Source of the DNA: Prochlorococcus sp. AG-388-D03
GTDB lineage: Bacteria; Cyanobacteriota; Cyanobacteriia; PCC-6307; Cyanobiaceae
Direction of reading: 5' to 3'
Length of the DNA: 64,000 nucleotides
NCBI GenBank assembly: GCA_003279875.1
Contig: QCGN01000005.1
Coordinates: 1,781-65,780 of the forward strand
Of this stretch, positions 51,856 to 62,844 are shown piece by piece; the stretch's first letter is position 1, and each line of letters starts with the position of its first letter. The notes beneath the pieces are model-generated. The model saw nothing but the letters and a program-made list of their open reading frames with translations. It did not search any database and was not told the origin of the DNA. Both the position numbers and the translations under genes were made by a program.

Positions 51856-52719
51856 ATGAATAATAAAACCTCATTATCGCACAGAAATCAAGAACCAGAA
51901 AATGGAGTTTTGTATTTAGTAGGAACACCAATTGGTAATTTAAACGATCTATCATCTCGAGCAATAAATATTCTAAAAAATGTTTTTTTAATTGCCTGTG
52001 AAGATACAAGGCAAACAAAAAAGATAATGAGTAAATTTGGAATTAAAAATAATCTTATTAGCTTTAATAAGGTTAATTCTTTTAATAAAATTCCTTCTTT
52101 AATAAATGATCTGATTGCAGGTAAATCTATTGCTGTAGTTAGTGATGCTGGGATGCCAAGTATTTGTGACCCTGGAGAAGATTTAGTTTGTAAAGCAAGG
52201 TCTTTAGGAATTGATATTATTTGCATTCCTGGTCCTTGTGCAGCCATAGCAGCACTTGTTTCTAGTGGGATGCCATCATCTAAATTCATCTTTGAAGGTT
52301 TTCTTCCCAAAAAACAAAGTGATAGAAAAAAGATTCTTTTAGAAATTAGTAATAACGAAAAGACAACAATATTATTTGAATCACCTAAAAGACTTAATAA
52401 ACTTTTGAGAGAATTAAAAGATTTTTGTGGAGGAGAAAGAGAGATCCAAGTTTCAAGAGAATTAACGAAGAAATTTGAAGAGCATATAGGAAAAAACATA
52501 AATATGGTATTAGAGTTTTTTGAAGGAAAAACAATTGTCGGGGAAATAACTATTGTGATAAAAGGTATTAATAAAACTCAAAAACTTGACTTTGATGAAT
52601 CGCTCATAAAAAAAGAACTTCATGCATTAATTGATGCTGGCCTAAGTTTACCAGCAGCTTCAAAATATCTAGCAAAAAAAGAAAATCTTAATCGAAAAAT
52701 AATTTATAATTTATATTAA
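51856..52719 (+). CDS. rsmI: 16S rRNA C1402 2'-O-methyltransferase
   Basis: TPIGNL.D, ACEDTR, SDAG.P.I.DPG, RELTK.FEE motifs. Confidence 0.95.
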   Translation: MNNKTSLSHRNQEPENGVLYLVGTPIGNLNDLSSRAINILKNVFLIACEDTRQTKKIMSKFGIKNNLISFNKVNSFNKIPSLINDLIAGKSIAVVSDAGMPSICDPGEDLVCKARSLGIDIICIPGPCAAIAALVSSGMPSSKFIFEGFLPKKQSDRKKILLEISNNEKTTILFESPKRLNKLLRELKDFCGGEREIQVSRELTKKFEEHIGKNINMVLEFFEGKTIVGEITIVIKGINKTQKLDFDESLIKKELHALIDAGLSLPAASKYLAKKENLNRKIIYNLY

Positions 52720-52748
52720 CAGTATAAGAATTAAAGGATCGTGATCAA

Positions 52749-52973
52749 ATGCCTTACTTAGTAAAAAAAATATTTTATGTACTTATATTCAATTCTTGTC
52801 TTTTTATTATTTTAATTACAGGAATTCAGAATAGTAGTAATAGAAGCAAGGTTGATTTATTAATAGATAAAACCGTATCTTTACCTATTGGATTTATAAC
52901 TGGTACAAGCTTTATAAGTGGGTCTATTTTGGGCAACCTCCTTTCACTAAATTTTTATAAAAAAAGGGACTAA
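52749..52973 (+). CDS. Small membrane hypothetical protein (LapA-like)
   Basis: Two TMs; IQNS, LP.G pattern. Confidence 0.6.
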   Translation: MPYLVKKIFYVLIFNSCLFIILITGIQNSSNRSKVDLLIDKTVSLPIGFITGTSFISGSILGNLLSLNFYKKRD

Positions 52974-52982
52974 TAATTTATC

Positions 52983-53669
52983 TTATAGTGCTATTAATTT
53001 ATCAGAAGTAACTATTCTTGAAATTCCTCTAGATATCAAAATTGGTGCGACAATTCTGAAAACCTCAGTATTTGGGACTTTTATCACTTTTTGTTCTTTT
53101 AAACAAGAGCGTTTCGCTATTTTTAAATCATAAAATATTTCTATCGTATTTCTATCTAATTCCTCTTTGGAAAGGAATTGCCACTCAGGATAATCATTAA
53201 GAATTTTTGTATGTAATTCAATTTTGTTATCAACAATCATGAAAACAATCTTTGGGAAATCTATTTCTGAAATAGGAATTGATGATAAGTCTTTTTGGGC
53301 TATATTATCAATTTCATAATTTAGAGGTGCAACTTCGACAAATTCATTAAAAGCAAAATCTGATTCTTCTTCTATATTGTTTTGATTATTATTTTCTTTA
53401 TAAGAATTATTTCTTTTTACCTTTTTATTATTCAGTTGATTTTCATCCTCTATTGAAGTTGATATTTCTGGATTAATAAATAATCCTTTGGAGGTTTTAC
53501 TTTTCTCTATCAAACTATGATAAGTTTTTTCTCCTAGATTTTTTTTTAAATATCTAGATATTGTTAATTTAGTAGAACTAAACTCTTCGACCAAATCATT
53601 GATATTCTTTCCATTAATAAATTCTTGGGTTAATTGTTCCTTTTGTTTATCTGAAAGCCTTTTAGCCAA
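52983..53669 (-). CDS. Conserved hypothetical protein with N-terminal HTH-like region
   Basis: RLS..QK..L..F..G.....L...F.....TI.R; KVP...F motif. Confidence 0.7.
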   Translation of the reverse strand: MAKRLSDKQKEQLTQEFINGKNINDLVEEFSSTKLTISRYLKKNLGEKTYHSLIEKSKTSKGLFINPEISTSIEDENQLNNKKVKRNNSYKENNNQNNIEEESDFAFNEFVEVAPLNYEIDNIAQKDLSSIPISEIDFPKIVFMIVDNKIELHTKILNDYPEWQFLSKEELDRNTIEIFYDLKIAKRSCLKEQKVIKVPNTEVFRIVAPILISRGISRIVTSDKLIAL

Positions 53670-54130
53670 AATGAGTAAATTATTTTTTTAGTTCTATATA
53701 TTAATTTAATAGAAATTTATTTTTTCAAAAATCTCTTGTCATAATAATTGATATGAATTAGATAAATATTTTAATCATAGTTAGTAAAATTTATATTCAT
53801 TATTTTCATCAATTAATCTCTTTTCTTATGCTAGGGATAAATTTATGGAGTTTAAAATTAAAAATATCTTACTAAGCTAAACCTCTTTGATTTGAATTGA
53901 TTTATAAAGTCAAAAAGGATTTAGAGTGACTTTAGAAAGCGATAAAATAAAAATACTATAATTGGAATTTAATATTAATAACTATAATTTTCATATAGTA
54001 TTTAAATTTGAAGAATTACTGGTTGCGAGTGCAAGGCTGTATTAAGATAATAAAGTTAATTTGTTTCTGTTTTTTTCAAGATTTTGTTAACTGAGCGAAT
54101 AGCTTATTAACTAAAAAATGAGAAACATTA

Positions 54131-54204
<74 letters not shown>

Positions 54205-54618
54205 TATAAAATTCAATCTGTTGCTCCAATATTAAATCTTTTCTCATGGATTAAGAAGAAACCTAATTGGAATAATTCTGAATGAATGTCTGAAAAATTT
54301 ACTATTTTATAAAAGCAACTAAACTAACTTATTAGATTTTAAAAGGACTTAACTTACTCTTCATTAATATTTGTACTTTCGCATTTAGTGTATAAATAAT
54401 ATTTTGATATACGAATAAGAATTTTTTTGATCTTACCTACAGTATTGAAAACCATTTTTGGATTTTTAATAAGGCTTAAAAAAAAAGGAATTAACCAGAA
54501 ATTAACTTTTTATTTAGATGAATAGAAATCACTTTTATGAAGCTTTATAATTAAACCTATATTTAAATTCACAATGAAATATGTATTTTGAAAAAGTATC
54601 AATAAAAAAAATATCAAG

Positions 54619-55725
54619 ATGAATAAAAAAGCTTTAATTACTGGCGTTACTGGACAAGATGGAAGTTATCTAGTTGAATTTCTTTTAAATAAAAACTATG
54701 AAGTACATGGAATCAAGAGAAGAAGTAGTAGCTTAAATACACAAAGGGTAGACCATCTATATCAAGATCCACATGAGAACAATCCAAGATTTTTTATGCA
54801 TTATGGCGACCTTACTGACAGTACAAACTTAATAAGACTTATACAAGATATCTCTCCTGATGAAATTTATAATTTAGGAGCTCAAAGTCATGTAGCAGTT
54901 AGTTTTGAAACTCCAGAATATACTGCCAACTGCGACGCTTTAGGCACCTTGAGGATATTAGAGGCGGTTCGAATATTAGGTCTTACAAAAAAAACAAAAA
55001 TATATCAAGCAAGCACTAGTGAATTATATGGTTTAGTTCAGGAAACACCTCAAAACGAAAAAACACCTTTCTATCCTAGAAGTCCTTATGGTGTTGCAAA
55101 ATTATATGCCTATTGGATTACGATTAATTATAGAGAAGCATATAATATGTATGCATGTAATGGGATTCTTTTTAACCATGAAAGCCCAAAAAGAGGAGAA
55201 ACTTTTATAACAAGAAAGATCACAAGGGGGCTTGCTAGAATTGATGCAGGTCTAGACAAAGTTCTTTACTTAGGGAATCTTAATTCAAAAAGGGATTGGG
55301 GACATGCAAGAGACTATGTAGAAATGCAATGGCTAATGCTTCAACAAGAGGAGCCAAAAGATTATGTCATCTCAACTGGAAGAGCAGAAAGTATAAGGAA
55401 ATTTGCTGAGATAAGTGCCTTTTATTTAGGATGGAGTGATAAAGGGAAGACCGGAATAATTTGGGAAGGCGATGGGTTAAATGAAGTGGGAAGAAGAGCT
55501 GATACCATGGAAATAGTTATTAGAGTTGATCCCAGATACTTTAGACCTACTGAAGTTGAATTTCTTCTTGGCGAATCAAAAAAAGCAACTCTAGAATTAG
55601 GTTGGACTCCAAAAACTCCTCTAGAAGAATTAATAGAAGAAATGATAGAATTTGATAAAGAAGAAGCAAGGAAAGACTCTATATTGAGGAAATCCGGTTT
55701 TCAAATAAATAGTTCCCAAGAATAA
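54619..55725 (+). CDS. gmd: GDP-mannose 4,6-dehydratase
   Basis: [30 protein letters not shown] motifs. Confidence 0.97.
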   Translation: MNKKALITGVTGQDGSYLVEFLLNKNYEVHGIKRRSSSLNTQRVDHLYQDPHENNPRFFMHYGDLTDSTNLIRLIQDISPDEIYNLGAQSHVAVSFETPEYTANCDALGTLRILEAVRILGLTKKTKIYQASTSELYGLVQETPQNEKTPFYPRSPYGVAKLYAYWITINYREAYNMYACNGILFNHESPKRGETFITRKITRGLARIDAGLDKVLYLGNLNSKRDWGHARDYVEMQWLMLQQEEPKDYVISTGRAESIRKFAEISAFYLGWSDKGKTGIIWEGDGLNEVGRRADTMEIVIRVDPRYFRPTEVEFLLGESKKATLELGWTPKTPLEELIEEMIEFDKEEARKDSILRKSGFQINSSQE

Positions 55726-55741
55726 AAATGGTTTGAATTAT

Positions 55742-56740
55742 ATGACCATAATAAACAAAGAAGATAAAATATTTATAGCAGGGGGTAGTGGCATGGTTGG
55801 AAGTGCCATAATAAGAAAGTTAAATAATTTAGGATTTAAAAATTTAATTTTTCCTAATAGTTCTGAACTGGATTTAAAGAATTCAGATTTAGTCTTTAAT
55901 TGGTTTAAAAAAAATAAACCTGATATTGTGATTTTCGCAGCTGCTAAAGTAGGTGGGATATTTGCAAATAATAATTATCCAGTTGACTTTTTATTAGACA
56001 ACTTAAAGATTCAAAATAATGTTATTGAAAGCGCATGGAAAAATAGTGCAAGAAGGTTACTTTTTCTTGGGAGTAGTTGCGTTTATCCAAAGAATTCTAG
56101 TCAACCTATAAAAGAAGATGAATTGCTTAAAAGTTCTCTTGAGAAAACTAATGAATGGTACGCATTAGCTAAAATTAGTGGAATTAAATTATGTCAGGCA
56201 TTAAGAAAACAATATGGATTTGATGCAATATCACTTATGCCAACAAATCTCTATGGCAAAGGAGATAACTATCATTCATCTAATAGTCATGTTTTACCAG
56301 CTTTACTTGATAGATTTCATTCGCACAAACTATATCAAAAAAAATGTATAGAATGTTGGGGGTCGGGAAATCCAAGGCGAGAATTTATGCATGTTGATGA
56401 TCTGGCGGACGCTTCAATTTTTGCCTTAGAATACTGGGATCCCAATAAAAAAGATGCCCCTTTAGATGAATCAGGAGAACCTTTAAATTGGCTTAATGTT
56501 GGTACAGGTATTGATTTGAGTATAAAAGAGCTTGCAGAGATGATTGCTACAATAACCTCTTTCAAAGGTGAAATTATTTGGAATAAAGATAAACCCGATG
56601 GGACCTTCAGAAAACTATTAAATGTTTCAAAATTAGAAAAATTAGGTTGGAAATCAAAGATATCTTTGGAGAAAGGACTCTTAATTACTTATAAAGACTA
56701 CAAAAAAGAATTAAAAGAAAATAAACTAAGAATCAAATAA
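55742..56740 (+). CDS. fcl: GDP-L-fucose synthase
   Basis: GGSGMVG, AAKVGGI, LGSSC.YP, MPTNLYG, HV.P, KPDG motifs. Confidence 0.95.
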   Translation: MTIINKEDKIFIAGGSGMVGSAIIRKLNNLGFKNLIFPNSSELDLKNSDLVFNWFKKNKPDIVIFAAAKVGGIFANNNYPVDFLLDNLKIQNNVIESAWKNSARRLLFLGSSCVYPKNSSQPIKEDELLKSSLEKTNEWYALAKISGIKLCQALRKQYGFDAISLMPTNLYGKGDNYHSSNSHVLPALLDRFHSHKLYQKKCIECWGSGNPRREFMHVDDLADASIFALEYWDPNKKDAPLDESGEPLNWLNVGTGIDLSIKELAEMIATITSFKGEIIWNKDKPDGTFRKLLNVSKLEKLGWKSKISLEKGLLITYKDYKKELKENKLRIK

Positions 56741-57260
56741 CCTTAATTACATATAAAAGAGTTAAAAAAATTATGAGTATTTTATCCAAATTTCTGTATA
56801 AAAATATTTTCTCGATAACAGATATTAATTTTACATGACAAGAAAGAAATTCTTAAAATCAAACTAGAACCAATACGTTTTATAAAAATTTTTAATAAAT
56901 TTATTTAAAATATATAAAAAATTTAGACTTGCTAATTTTTTATCCTGAAATTAATATTATAGAAATATTATCCTTGAATGCGCTAAAAGTATCATTAGCA
57001 ATTTATAATCACTAAAAATTTGAATATTTTAATAGACTTTTTTGCTTGAATTTGATATTTATTTTATTCAAATTTGATTACTTTCTTGATAGAAATATTT
57101 AGAAAGATTAATCCATACAAATCAATTAAATAATTCTATAAATATTGGATTCTTAGAAAAAATAATTAATTTTGATATAAACATTTAATAGAATAGATTT
57201 TTATTAATTGAGTTAATAAAAATCTTTGTAGTAATATTCTAATAATGTAGTCTAATATTA

Positions 57261-58703
57261 ATGAAAAAAAGAATAATCCCAATAATCTTATGCGGAGGAA
57301 AAGGAACTAGATTATGGCCACTTTCAAGACAAAGTTATCCAAAACAATTTTTAGCTCTTTACGGAGAGACTAACAAATCACTTTTGCAACAAACTCAAGA
57401 AAGAATTTCTTTTTTAAGTGGAATTACTGAACCAATAATTATTTGCAATGAGGAACATAGATTCTTAGTAGCAGAACAAATGAGAGATATAAATGTAAAA
57501 CCAAAAGCAATAATACTTGAAAATGAAGGAAAAAATACTGCCCCAGCTATAGCTCTGGGAGCCATAAAAGCTTTAGAAGAAGAAGAAGAAGATTCATTAT
57601 TATTGATATTATCTGCTGATCACATAATTAGAGATCTAGATGTTTTCGCAAAAGTTTTGCAAGAAGGATGCAAGGCAGCATTAGAAAATAATTTAGTTAC
57701 ATTTGGAATAATTCCTAATCAACCGGAAACAGGTTATGGGTATATAGAAAGTGAATTTGTTCTTGATAAAAATAATATTAAAGGTAGTAGGATTAAAAGA
57801 TTTATAGAGAAGCCAAATAAAGAATTAGCCCGTAAACTAATTAAGTCAAAAAATTATACTTGGAATAGTGGAATGTTCGTGTTCAAAAATAGCTTAATTA
57901 TTGAAGAACTTAATAAACATGCACCATTAGTATTAAAGTATTGTAAAAAAGCAATAGGTAGTAGTGTTAGGGATCTTGATTTCATAAGAATCAAAGGAGA
58001 TTATTTCTCTAAATCTCCTAATGTACCAATAGATATTGCAGTTATGGAAAAAACTAATTTAGGTTTAGTTCTTCCTTTAGATGCCGGATGGAGTGATATT
58101 GGTAATTGGGAATCATTATGGGATAACGAAAAAAAAGATTCTTTAGGTAATGTAATTAGAGGAAAAGTGTTTAATGAAGGTTCAAGTGATTGTTATATCA
58201 AGGGAGAAAATAGTCTTTTAGTTACTATTGGGTTAAAAGATTTAATACTTGTAGAGACTTCTGATGCAATACTAGCTGCTAACAAAAAAGAATTAGGTAA
58301 CATAAAAACCGTACTAAATAAACTTGATAAGAAAGGATATAAAGAGATCAATACACATAGAAAGATATATCGCCCATGGGGTTCATATACCTCTTTAATA
58401 GAACATCAAAAGTGGCTTGTTAAAAGTATTGAAGTAAATCCCGGATCAAAACTCTCCCTCCAAATGCATCATCATAGAACTGAACATTGGATAGTGGTTA
58501 AAGGGACAGCAAAAGTTGAATTAGACAATAAGAGTTTCTTTTTAAGCGAAAATGAAAGTACTTTTATACCTTTAGGTTCAAGGCATAGACTAAGTAATCC
58601 AGGCAAAATGGATTTGACTCTCATTGAGATTCAAAGTGGAGACTATATTGGAGAGGATGATATTGTAAGATTCAAAGACGATTACGGTAGAATAAATGAT
58701 TAA
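57261..58703 (+). CDS. manC: Mannose-1-phosphate guanylyltransferase / mannose-6-phosphate isomerase
   Basis: GG.GTRLWPLSR..PKQF, WNSGMF, WSD.G.W, RPWG cupin domain. Confidence 0.96.
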   Translation: MKKRIIPIILCGGKGTRLWPLSRQSYPKQFLALYGETNKSLLQQTQERISFLSGITEPIIICNEEHRFLVAEQMRDINVKPKAIILENEGKNTAPAIALGAIKALEEEEEDSLLLILSADHIIRDLDVFAKVLQEGCKAALENNLVTFGIIPNQPETGYGYIESEFVLDKNNIKGSRIKRFIEKPNKELARKLIKSKNYTWNSGMFVFKNSLIIEELNKHAPLVLKYCKKAIGSSVRDLDFIRIKGDYFSKSPNVPIDIAVMEKTNLGLVLPLDAGWSDIGNWESLWDNEKKDSLGNVIRGKVFNEGSSDCYIKGENSLLVTIGLKDLILVETSDAILAANKKELGNIKTVLNKLDKKGYKEINTHRKIYRPWGSYTSLIEHQKWLVKSIEVNPGSKLSLQMHHHRTEHWIVVKGTAKVELDNKSFFLSENESTFIPLGSRHRLSNPGKMDLTLIEIQSGDYIGEDDIVRFKDDYGRIND

Positions 58704-58715
58704 GTTAAGATTTTT

Positions 58716-59750
58716 ATGGAAGAGAAAATATTATTAACTGGTTGTGCAGGTTTTATAGGATTTCATGTATGCAAACAATTACTTAATAAAGGGTTTTTTG
58801 TTATTGGATTAGATAATTTAAATGATTACTATGATGTACTTTTAAAAAAAGCAAGATTAAAAGAACTAGAAAAGTTTTCAAAAAAAAATAGTAAAGGAGA
58901 ATTCTTATTTATAAAAGCAGATTTAAAGAACGAAAATACTTTAAAAAATATCTCTAAAATACACTTACCAAAAAAAGTTATTCATCTTGCCGCCCAAGCA
59001 GGAGTAAGACACTCTATAAAAAACCCTAGTGCATATATCAATTCGAATTTAGTTGGCTTTGGGAATGTTCTTGAATTCTGTAAGAATAACCAAGTTGAGC
59101 ATTTAATTTATGCAAGTAGCAGTTCAATTTATGGAGGAAATAAAAAAATACCATTTTCAGAAAAAGATTTTGTTGATTATCCAGTAAGTCTTTATGCTGC
59201 AACAAAAAAATCAAATGAGCTTATGGCTCACTCTTATAGCCATCTGTTTAAAATACCATCAACTGGAATAAGACTTTTTACAGTTTATGGCCCTTGGGGC
59301 AGGCCAGATATGGCTCCAATGATATTCACAAAATCAATTCTTTCTGCTAAGCCAATAAGAATTTTTAATAATGGCAATATGTATAGGGATTTTACTTACG
59401 TTGATGATGTTAGTGAAGCAATTCTAAAACTACTTTATATTCCACCAAAATATTTAAATGATGACAAAAAATTAAACTCATCAGAATTACCTGAATCAAC
59501 TCCACATAGGATTATTAATATTGGAAGCAATAATCCCATTAATCTACTAGATTTTATAGAAGTTTTAGAACATGAGATTAATATAAAAGCAATAAGAGTA
59601 TTTGAAAAAATGCAATTAGGAGATGTACAAAAAACATATGCGGATACCTCTTATATTAAAGATTTAATTAATTTCAAACCAGATACCACATTAGAAAGTG
59701 GGATAAGGGAATTTGTTAAATGGTATAAGAATTTTTATAAATTTTTTTGA
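58716..59750 (+). CDS. UDP-glucuronate 4-epimerase-like NAD-dependent epimerase
   Basis: GCAGFIG, AAQAGVR, YAATKK, YGPWGRPDMA motifs. Confidence 0.9.
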   Translation: MEEKILLTGCAGFIGFHVCKQLLNKGFFVIGLDNLNDYYDVLLKKARLKELEKFSKKNSKGEFLFIKADLKNENTLKNISKIHLPKKVIHLAAQAGVRHSIKNPSAYINSNLVGFGNVLEFCKNNQVEHLIYASSSSIYGGNKKIPFSEKDFVDYPVSLYAATKKSNELMAHSYSHLFKIPSTGIRLFTVYGPWGRPDMAPMIFTKSILSAKPIRIFNNGNMYRDFTYVDDVSEAILKLLYIPPKYLNDDKKLNSSELPESTPHRIINIGSNNPINLLDFIEVLEHEINIKAIRVFEKMQLGDVQKTYADTSYIKDLINFKPDTTLESGIREFVKWYKNFYKFF

Positions 59751-59958
59751 TTATAAATTACGAAAATTTAAAGAAATTCAAAGCCATGATGATGCTTAAC
59801 TACCAATAAAAACTATCCCCAATCATATCCTTTGATTTTTTGGAAAAGTATCTAATAATTCGTATCTACTACTTATCTGTATTCTCCTTTAACTAAAGAA
59901 ATTTGCGGAAACTTTTTTCACTAATAGAAAATAATTTATTACAAACTAAATTAATAAA

Positions 59959-61845
59959 TTATTTTCTTAACCATTCAGGGGTAATTTCACTAAGAGATTC
60001 AATAGTCTTTTTAATCTCATTATTTTTTAGATGAATATATAAATTATCAAGTTTCTCTTGTAAGTCATTGAAATCTAAAGATTTTTCAATTGCCTTAAAA
60101 ATTAATGGGTGATCTGTCTTTTGTGATTTACCATCTATTAATAATTCTTCGTAAAGTTTTTCACCCGAACCTAAACCTCTATAGACAATTTCAATATCAC
60201 CATCAGGGTTCGCTTCATTTTTAATTTTAAGACCATTCAAAATAATCATTTGTTCTGCAAGCTTTTTTATTTGCATAGGCTTTCCCATATCTAATAAAAA
60301 AACTTCTCCTTCACCTTTTGCTAATACAGATGATTGAATAACTAAAGAAGCCGCTTCAGAAAGAGTCATGAAGTATCTTGTTACACTTGGATCTGTAACA
60401 GTTACAGGTCCTCCCTCTTCTATTTGTTTTTGAAAAATGGGGACTACTGATCCAGATGAACCCAAAACATTCCCAAAACGTACCATAGAAAATACTAATT
60501 TTTCTTTATTTTTTGTATCTTTTGATTTTTGCGCATAGCTACTTACTATTAATTCAGAGATCCTTTTTGTTACTCCCATAAGACTAGTCGGTCTTACAGC
60601 CTTATCAGAAGAAATTAAAATAAGTTTATTAGTATTAAATTTATAAGCAAGTTTACAAACATTAAGAGTAGATTTTATATTATTTTTAACAGCCTCTATT
60701 TTATTCTCTTCTAATAAAGTGACATGTTTATAAGCAGATGCATGAAACAATATATCCGGATTATGCTTTGTAAAAATATTTTCCATAAATTTATAATCTG
60801 ATGTGTTACCCAGTTCGCAATAGATTTTTTGATTTTGGAGATTATTTTTTATTAATATGTTTTTTAATTCAAAAAGATTAGGCTCACTAAAATCAACTAC
60901 AACCAATTTAGACGGTTTTAAGGCTAGTATTTGAAGACTTAGCTCTTTACCTATAGAACCAGCCGCACCAGTTACTAAAGCAACTTTGTCTTTAATTCCT
61001 GGACCAAGCAAGTTTTTCTTTGGAGGGACTATTTCACGAAATAATAGATCCTCTAAACATATAGGTTTTAGTGAATCTATTTTTTCTTTTCCTTCTGCAA
61101 TACTATTGATTGACGGAATTTTTAAGATCTTAATTCTAGGTTTTATTATTTTTATTTGTTTTAAGATATTTAACCATTGATTTGAATTGATAGATAAAGT
61201 TGAAACAAGTAATTGATCAAAATCTAAATTAGATATTTGCTTTAAAGATTTAACTTTAATACCATTTATATCTCTATTTTCTAAATCTGGATTGTCATCT
61301 ATAAATGCAATAATATTATGTGAACCTGTTAAAAGAATTTGCTGACTAATTAGTACTTCACTTTGACCAGTTCCATAAATAGCAATTTTACTTATGTTAT
61401 TTCTAGGAGATATATTGAAAATAGTTATTAGATCCCTCACCAAAACTCTTAATGCAATTGTAAAAGAAGAGCTTAAAAAACATAAAAGCAACCAAAACTT
61501 AAAAGTATATGAATAAAAACCTAATAAATAAAATAAAATTTGTATTGAAAAAATTAATAAAGTATTTTTAATTGCTAATTTATAAAAACCGACACTAGAA
61601 GAATATCTAGTTAGATGCTTATAGTAATTTCCAAAAACTAAATAAAGTGAAGTAAAGAAAAGAAAAAAAAGAAAATATTTATATTTAATATTATAGTTTA
61701 AGTTTAATAACCACAAAGATGATATATATGAAAAAGTTAAAAGCAAAAGATCACTACATATAAAGTATATTTTTCTGTGCTTGATTTTTAAATTCAGTAA
61801 ATACCTCAATAGGTAACTTATTTTTAAGAATAAAAATCTATTCAT
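59959..61845 (-). CDS. PglF/CapD-like UDP-GlcNAc 4,6-dehydratase
   Basis: N-terminal TMs; GAAGSIG, AYKHV, DKAVRP, RFGNVLGSSGSV, GEKLYEEL. Confidence 0.93.
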   Translation of the reverse strand: MNRFLFLKISYLLRYLLNLKIKHRKIYFICSDLLLLTFSYISSLWLLNLNYNIKYKYFLFFLFFTSLYLVFGNYYKHLTRYSSSVGFYKLAIKNTLLIFSIQILFYLLGFYSYTFKFWLLLCFLSSSFTIALRVLVRDLITIFNISPRNNISKIAIYGTGQSEVLISQQILLTGSHNIIAFIDDNPDLENRDINGIKVKSLKQISNLDFDQLLVSTLSINSNQWLNILKQIKIIKPRIKILKIPSINSIAEGKEKIDSLKPICLEDLLFREIVPPKKNLLGPGIKDKVALVTGAAGSIGKELSLQILALKPSKLVVVDFSEPNLFELKNILIKNNLQNQKIYCELGNTSDYKFMENIFTKHNPDILFHASAYKHVTLLEENKIEAVKNNIKSTLNVCKLAYKFNTNKLILISSDKAVRPTSLMGVTKRISELIVSSYAQKSKDTKNKEKLVFSMVRFGNVLGSSGSVVPIFQKQIEEGGPVTVTDPSVTRYFMTLSEAASLVIQSSVLAKGEGEVFLLDMGKPMQIKKLAEQMIILNGLKIKNEANPDGDIEIVYRGLGSGEKLYEELLIDGKSQKTDHPLIFKAIEKSLDFNDLQEKLDNLYIHLKNNEIKKTIESLSEITPEWLRK

Positions 61846-61865
61846 TTCAAAATAAAACTTTCAAA

Positions 61866-62843
61866 TTAATTATTCATCACTTCCTCAAAAGACAAAGCAT
61901 ATTTAATTTCTATTAAATACATTATAAATAAAGAAACAAAGATAGTTCCTATTTCGTAAAGAAAATTTAATTTTATGTAAACAATTCCTATTATTGAAAT
62001 TTGCAAAATATATATAATGGCAACTTGATTTTTTGATAATTTCCCTAAATATAATCTTTGATAAAGATGCTGTCTATGAGCTTTAAATATGTTCTGCCTT
62101 GTTATAAAACGCCTAAATAGAGTAATTAAGGCATCTCCAAAAAAGGGGCTTGCAATTAATAATAAGCCAATAATTTCTTTAACATCATTAAACTGAAGTA
62201 TATTTGCAGCTAAATATACACCTAAGAATGTACTCCCGATATCACCCATAAAGATTTTTGCAGGATTCCAGTTCCAGTAAATAAACGTTACCAATGAGCC
62301 TAAAAGAATAATGATGGATATATTTGAATTTAATTTATAATTTATTATGAGAAATAAAACGAACATACATCCAGCCACTAATCCATCTGAACCATCCATA
62401 AAGTTTGTAAAATTGATTACTGCGGTGATAAAAATAATTAGAAAAAATAAAATAAAAATATTAAAAATTGGGCTTAATAAAAACAAGTTAATATTACTAA
62501 ATCTTAAAACAAGAAAAGAAGTTAATAATTGAAAAAGGTATCTATATTTTGGAGATACCTTTATTAAATCATCTAACAAGCTTATAAATATTAGAGGAAT
62601 ACATAATAAAGATAATGAAAAACTTCCTTCAAAATTTTTGAAAAAAGAGAATATAAAATCATAAAGTATAAGAGGAACTATAAAAGATATCCCACCTGCA
62701 CTAGGAACAGGTTTGATATGTAAACTTCTTTTATTTGGATTATCTAAAAAAAATTTTTCAAAAAATTTAATACCATTTTTTAAAATAAATAAAGAAGAAA
62801 ATGAACCTAAAAGAAAATAGCCTAAATAAATAATATTTAACAT
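61866..62843 (-). CDS. WecA/MraY-family undecaprenyl-phosphate glycosyl-1-phosphate transferase
   Basis: R.LH..P.P..GG, DD, NFMDG.DG, FMGD.GS, H..HLYQ motifs; ATG at 62843. Confidence 0.9.
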   Translation of the reverse strand: MLNIIYLGYFLLGSFSSLFILKNGIKFFEKFFLDNPNKRSLHIKPVPSAGGISFIVPLILYDFIFSFFKNFEGSFSLSLLCIPLIFISLLDDLIKVSPKYRYLFQLLTSFLVLRFSNINLFLLSPIFNIFILFFLIIFITAVINFTNFMDGSDGLVAGCMFVLFLIINYKLNSNISIIILLGSLVTFIYWNWNPAKIFMGDIGSTFLGVYLAANILQFNDVKEIIGLLLIASPFFGDALITLFRRFITRQNIFKAHRQHLYQRLYLGKLSKNQVAIIYILQISIIGIVYIKLNFLYEIGTIFVSLFIMYLIEIKYALSFEEVMNN

Positions 62844-62844
62844 A

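Noticed and set aside
51888-52499. 203-aa antisense ORF
   Set aside because: Antisense shadow of rsmI.
53670-54130. Long intergenic region before tRNA-Arg as a possible ncRNA or gene
   Set aside because: No convincing ORF, stable structure or known motif could be identified by eye.
57576-57590. (GAA)5 repeat in manC
   Set aside because: In-frame poly-Glu in a variable loop; it cannot cause phase variation.
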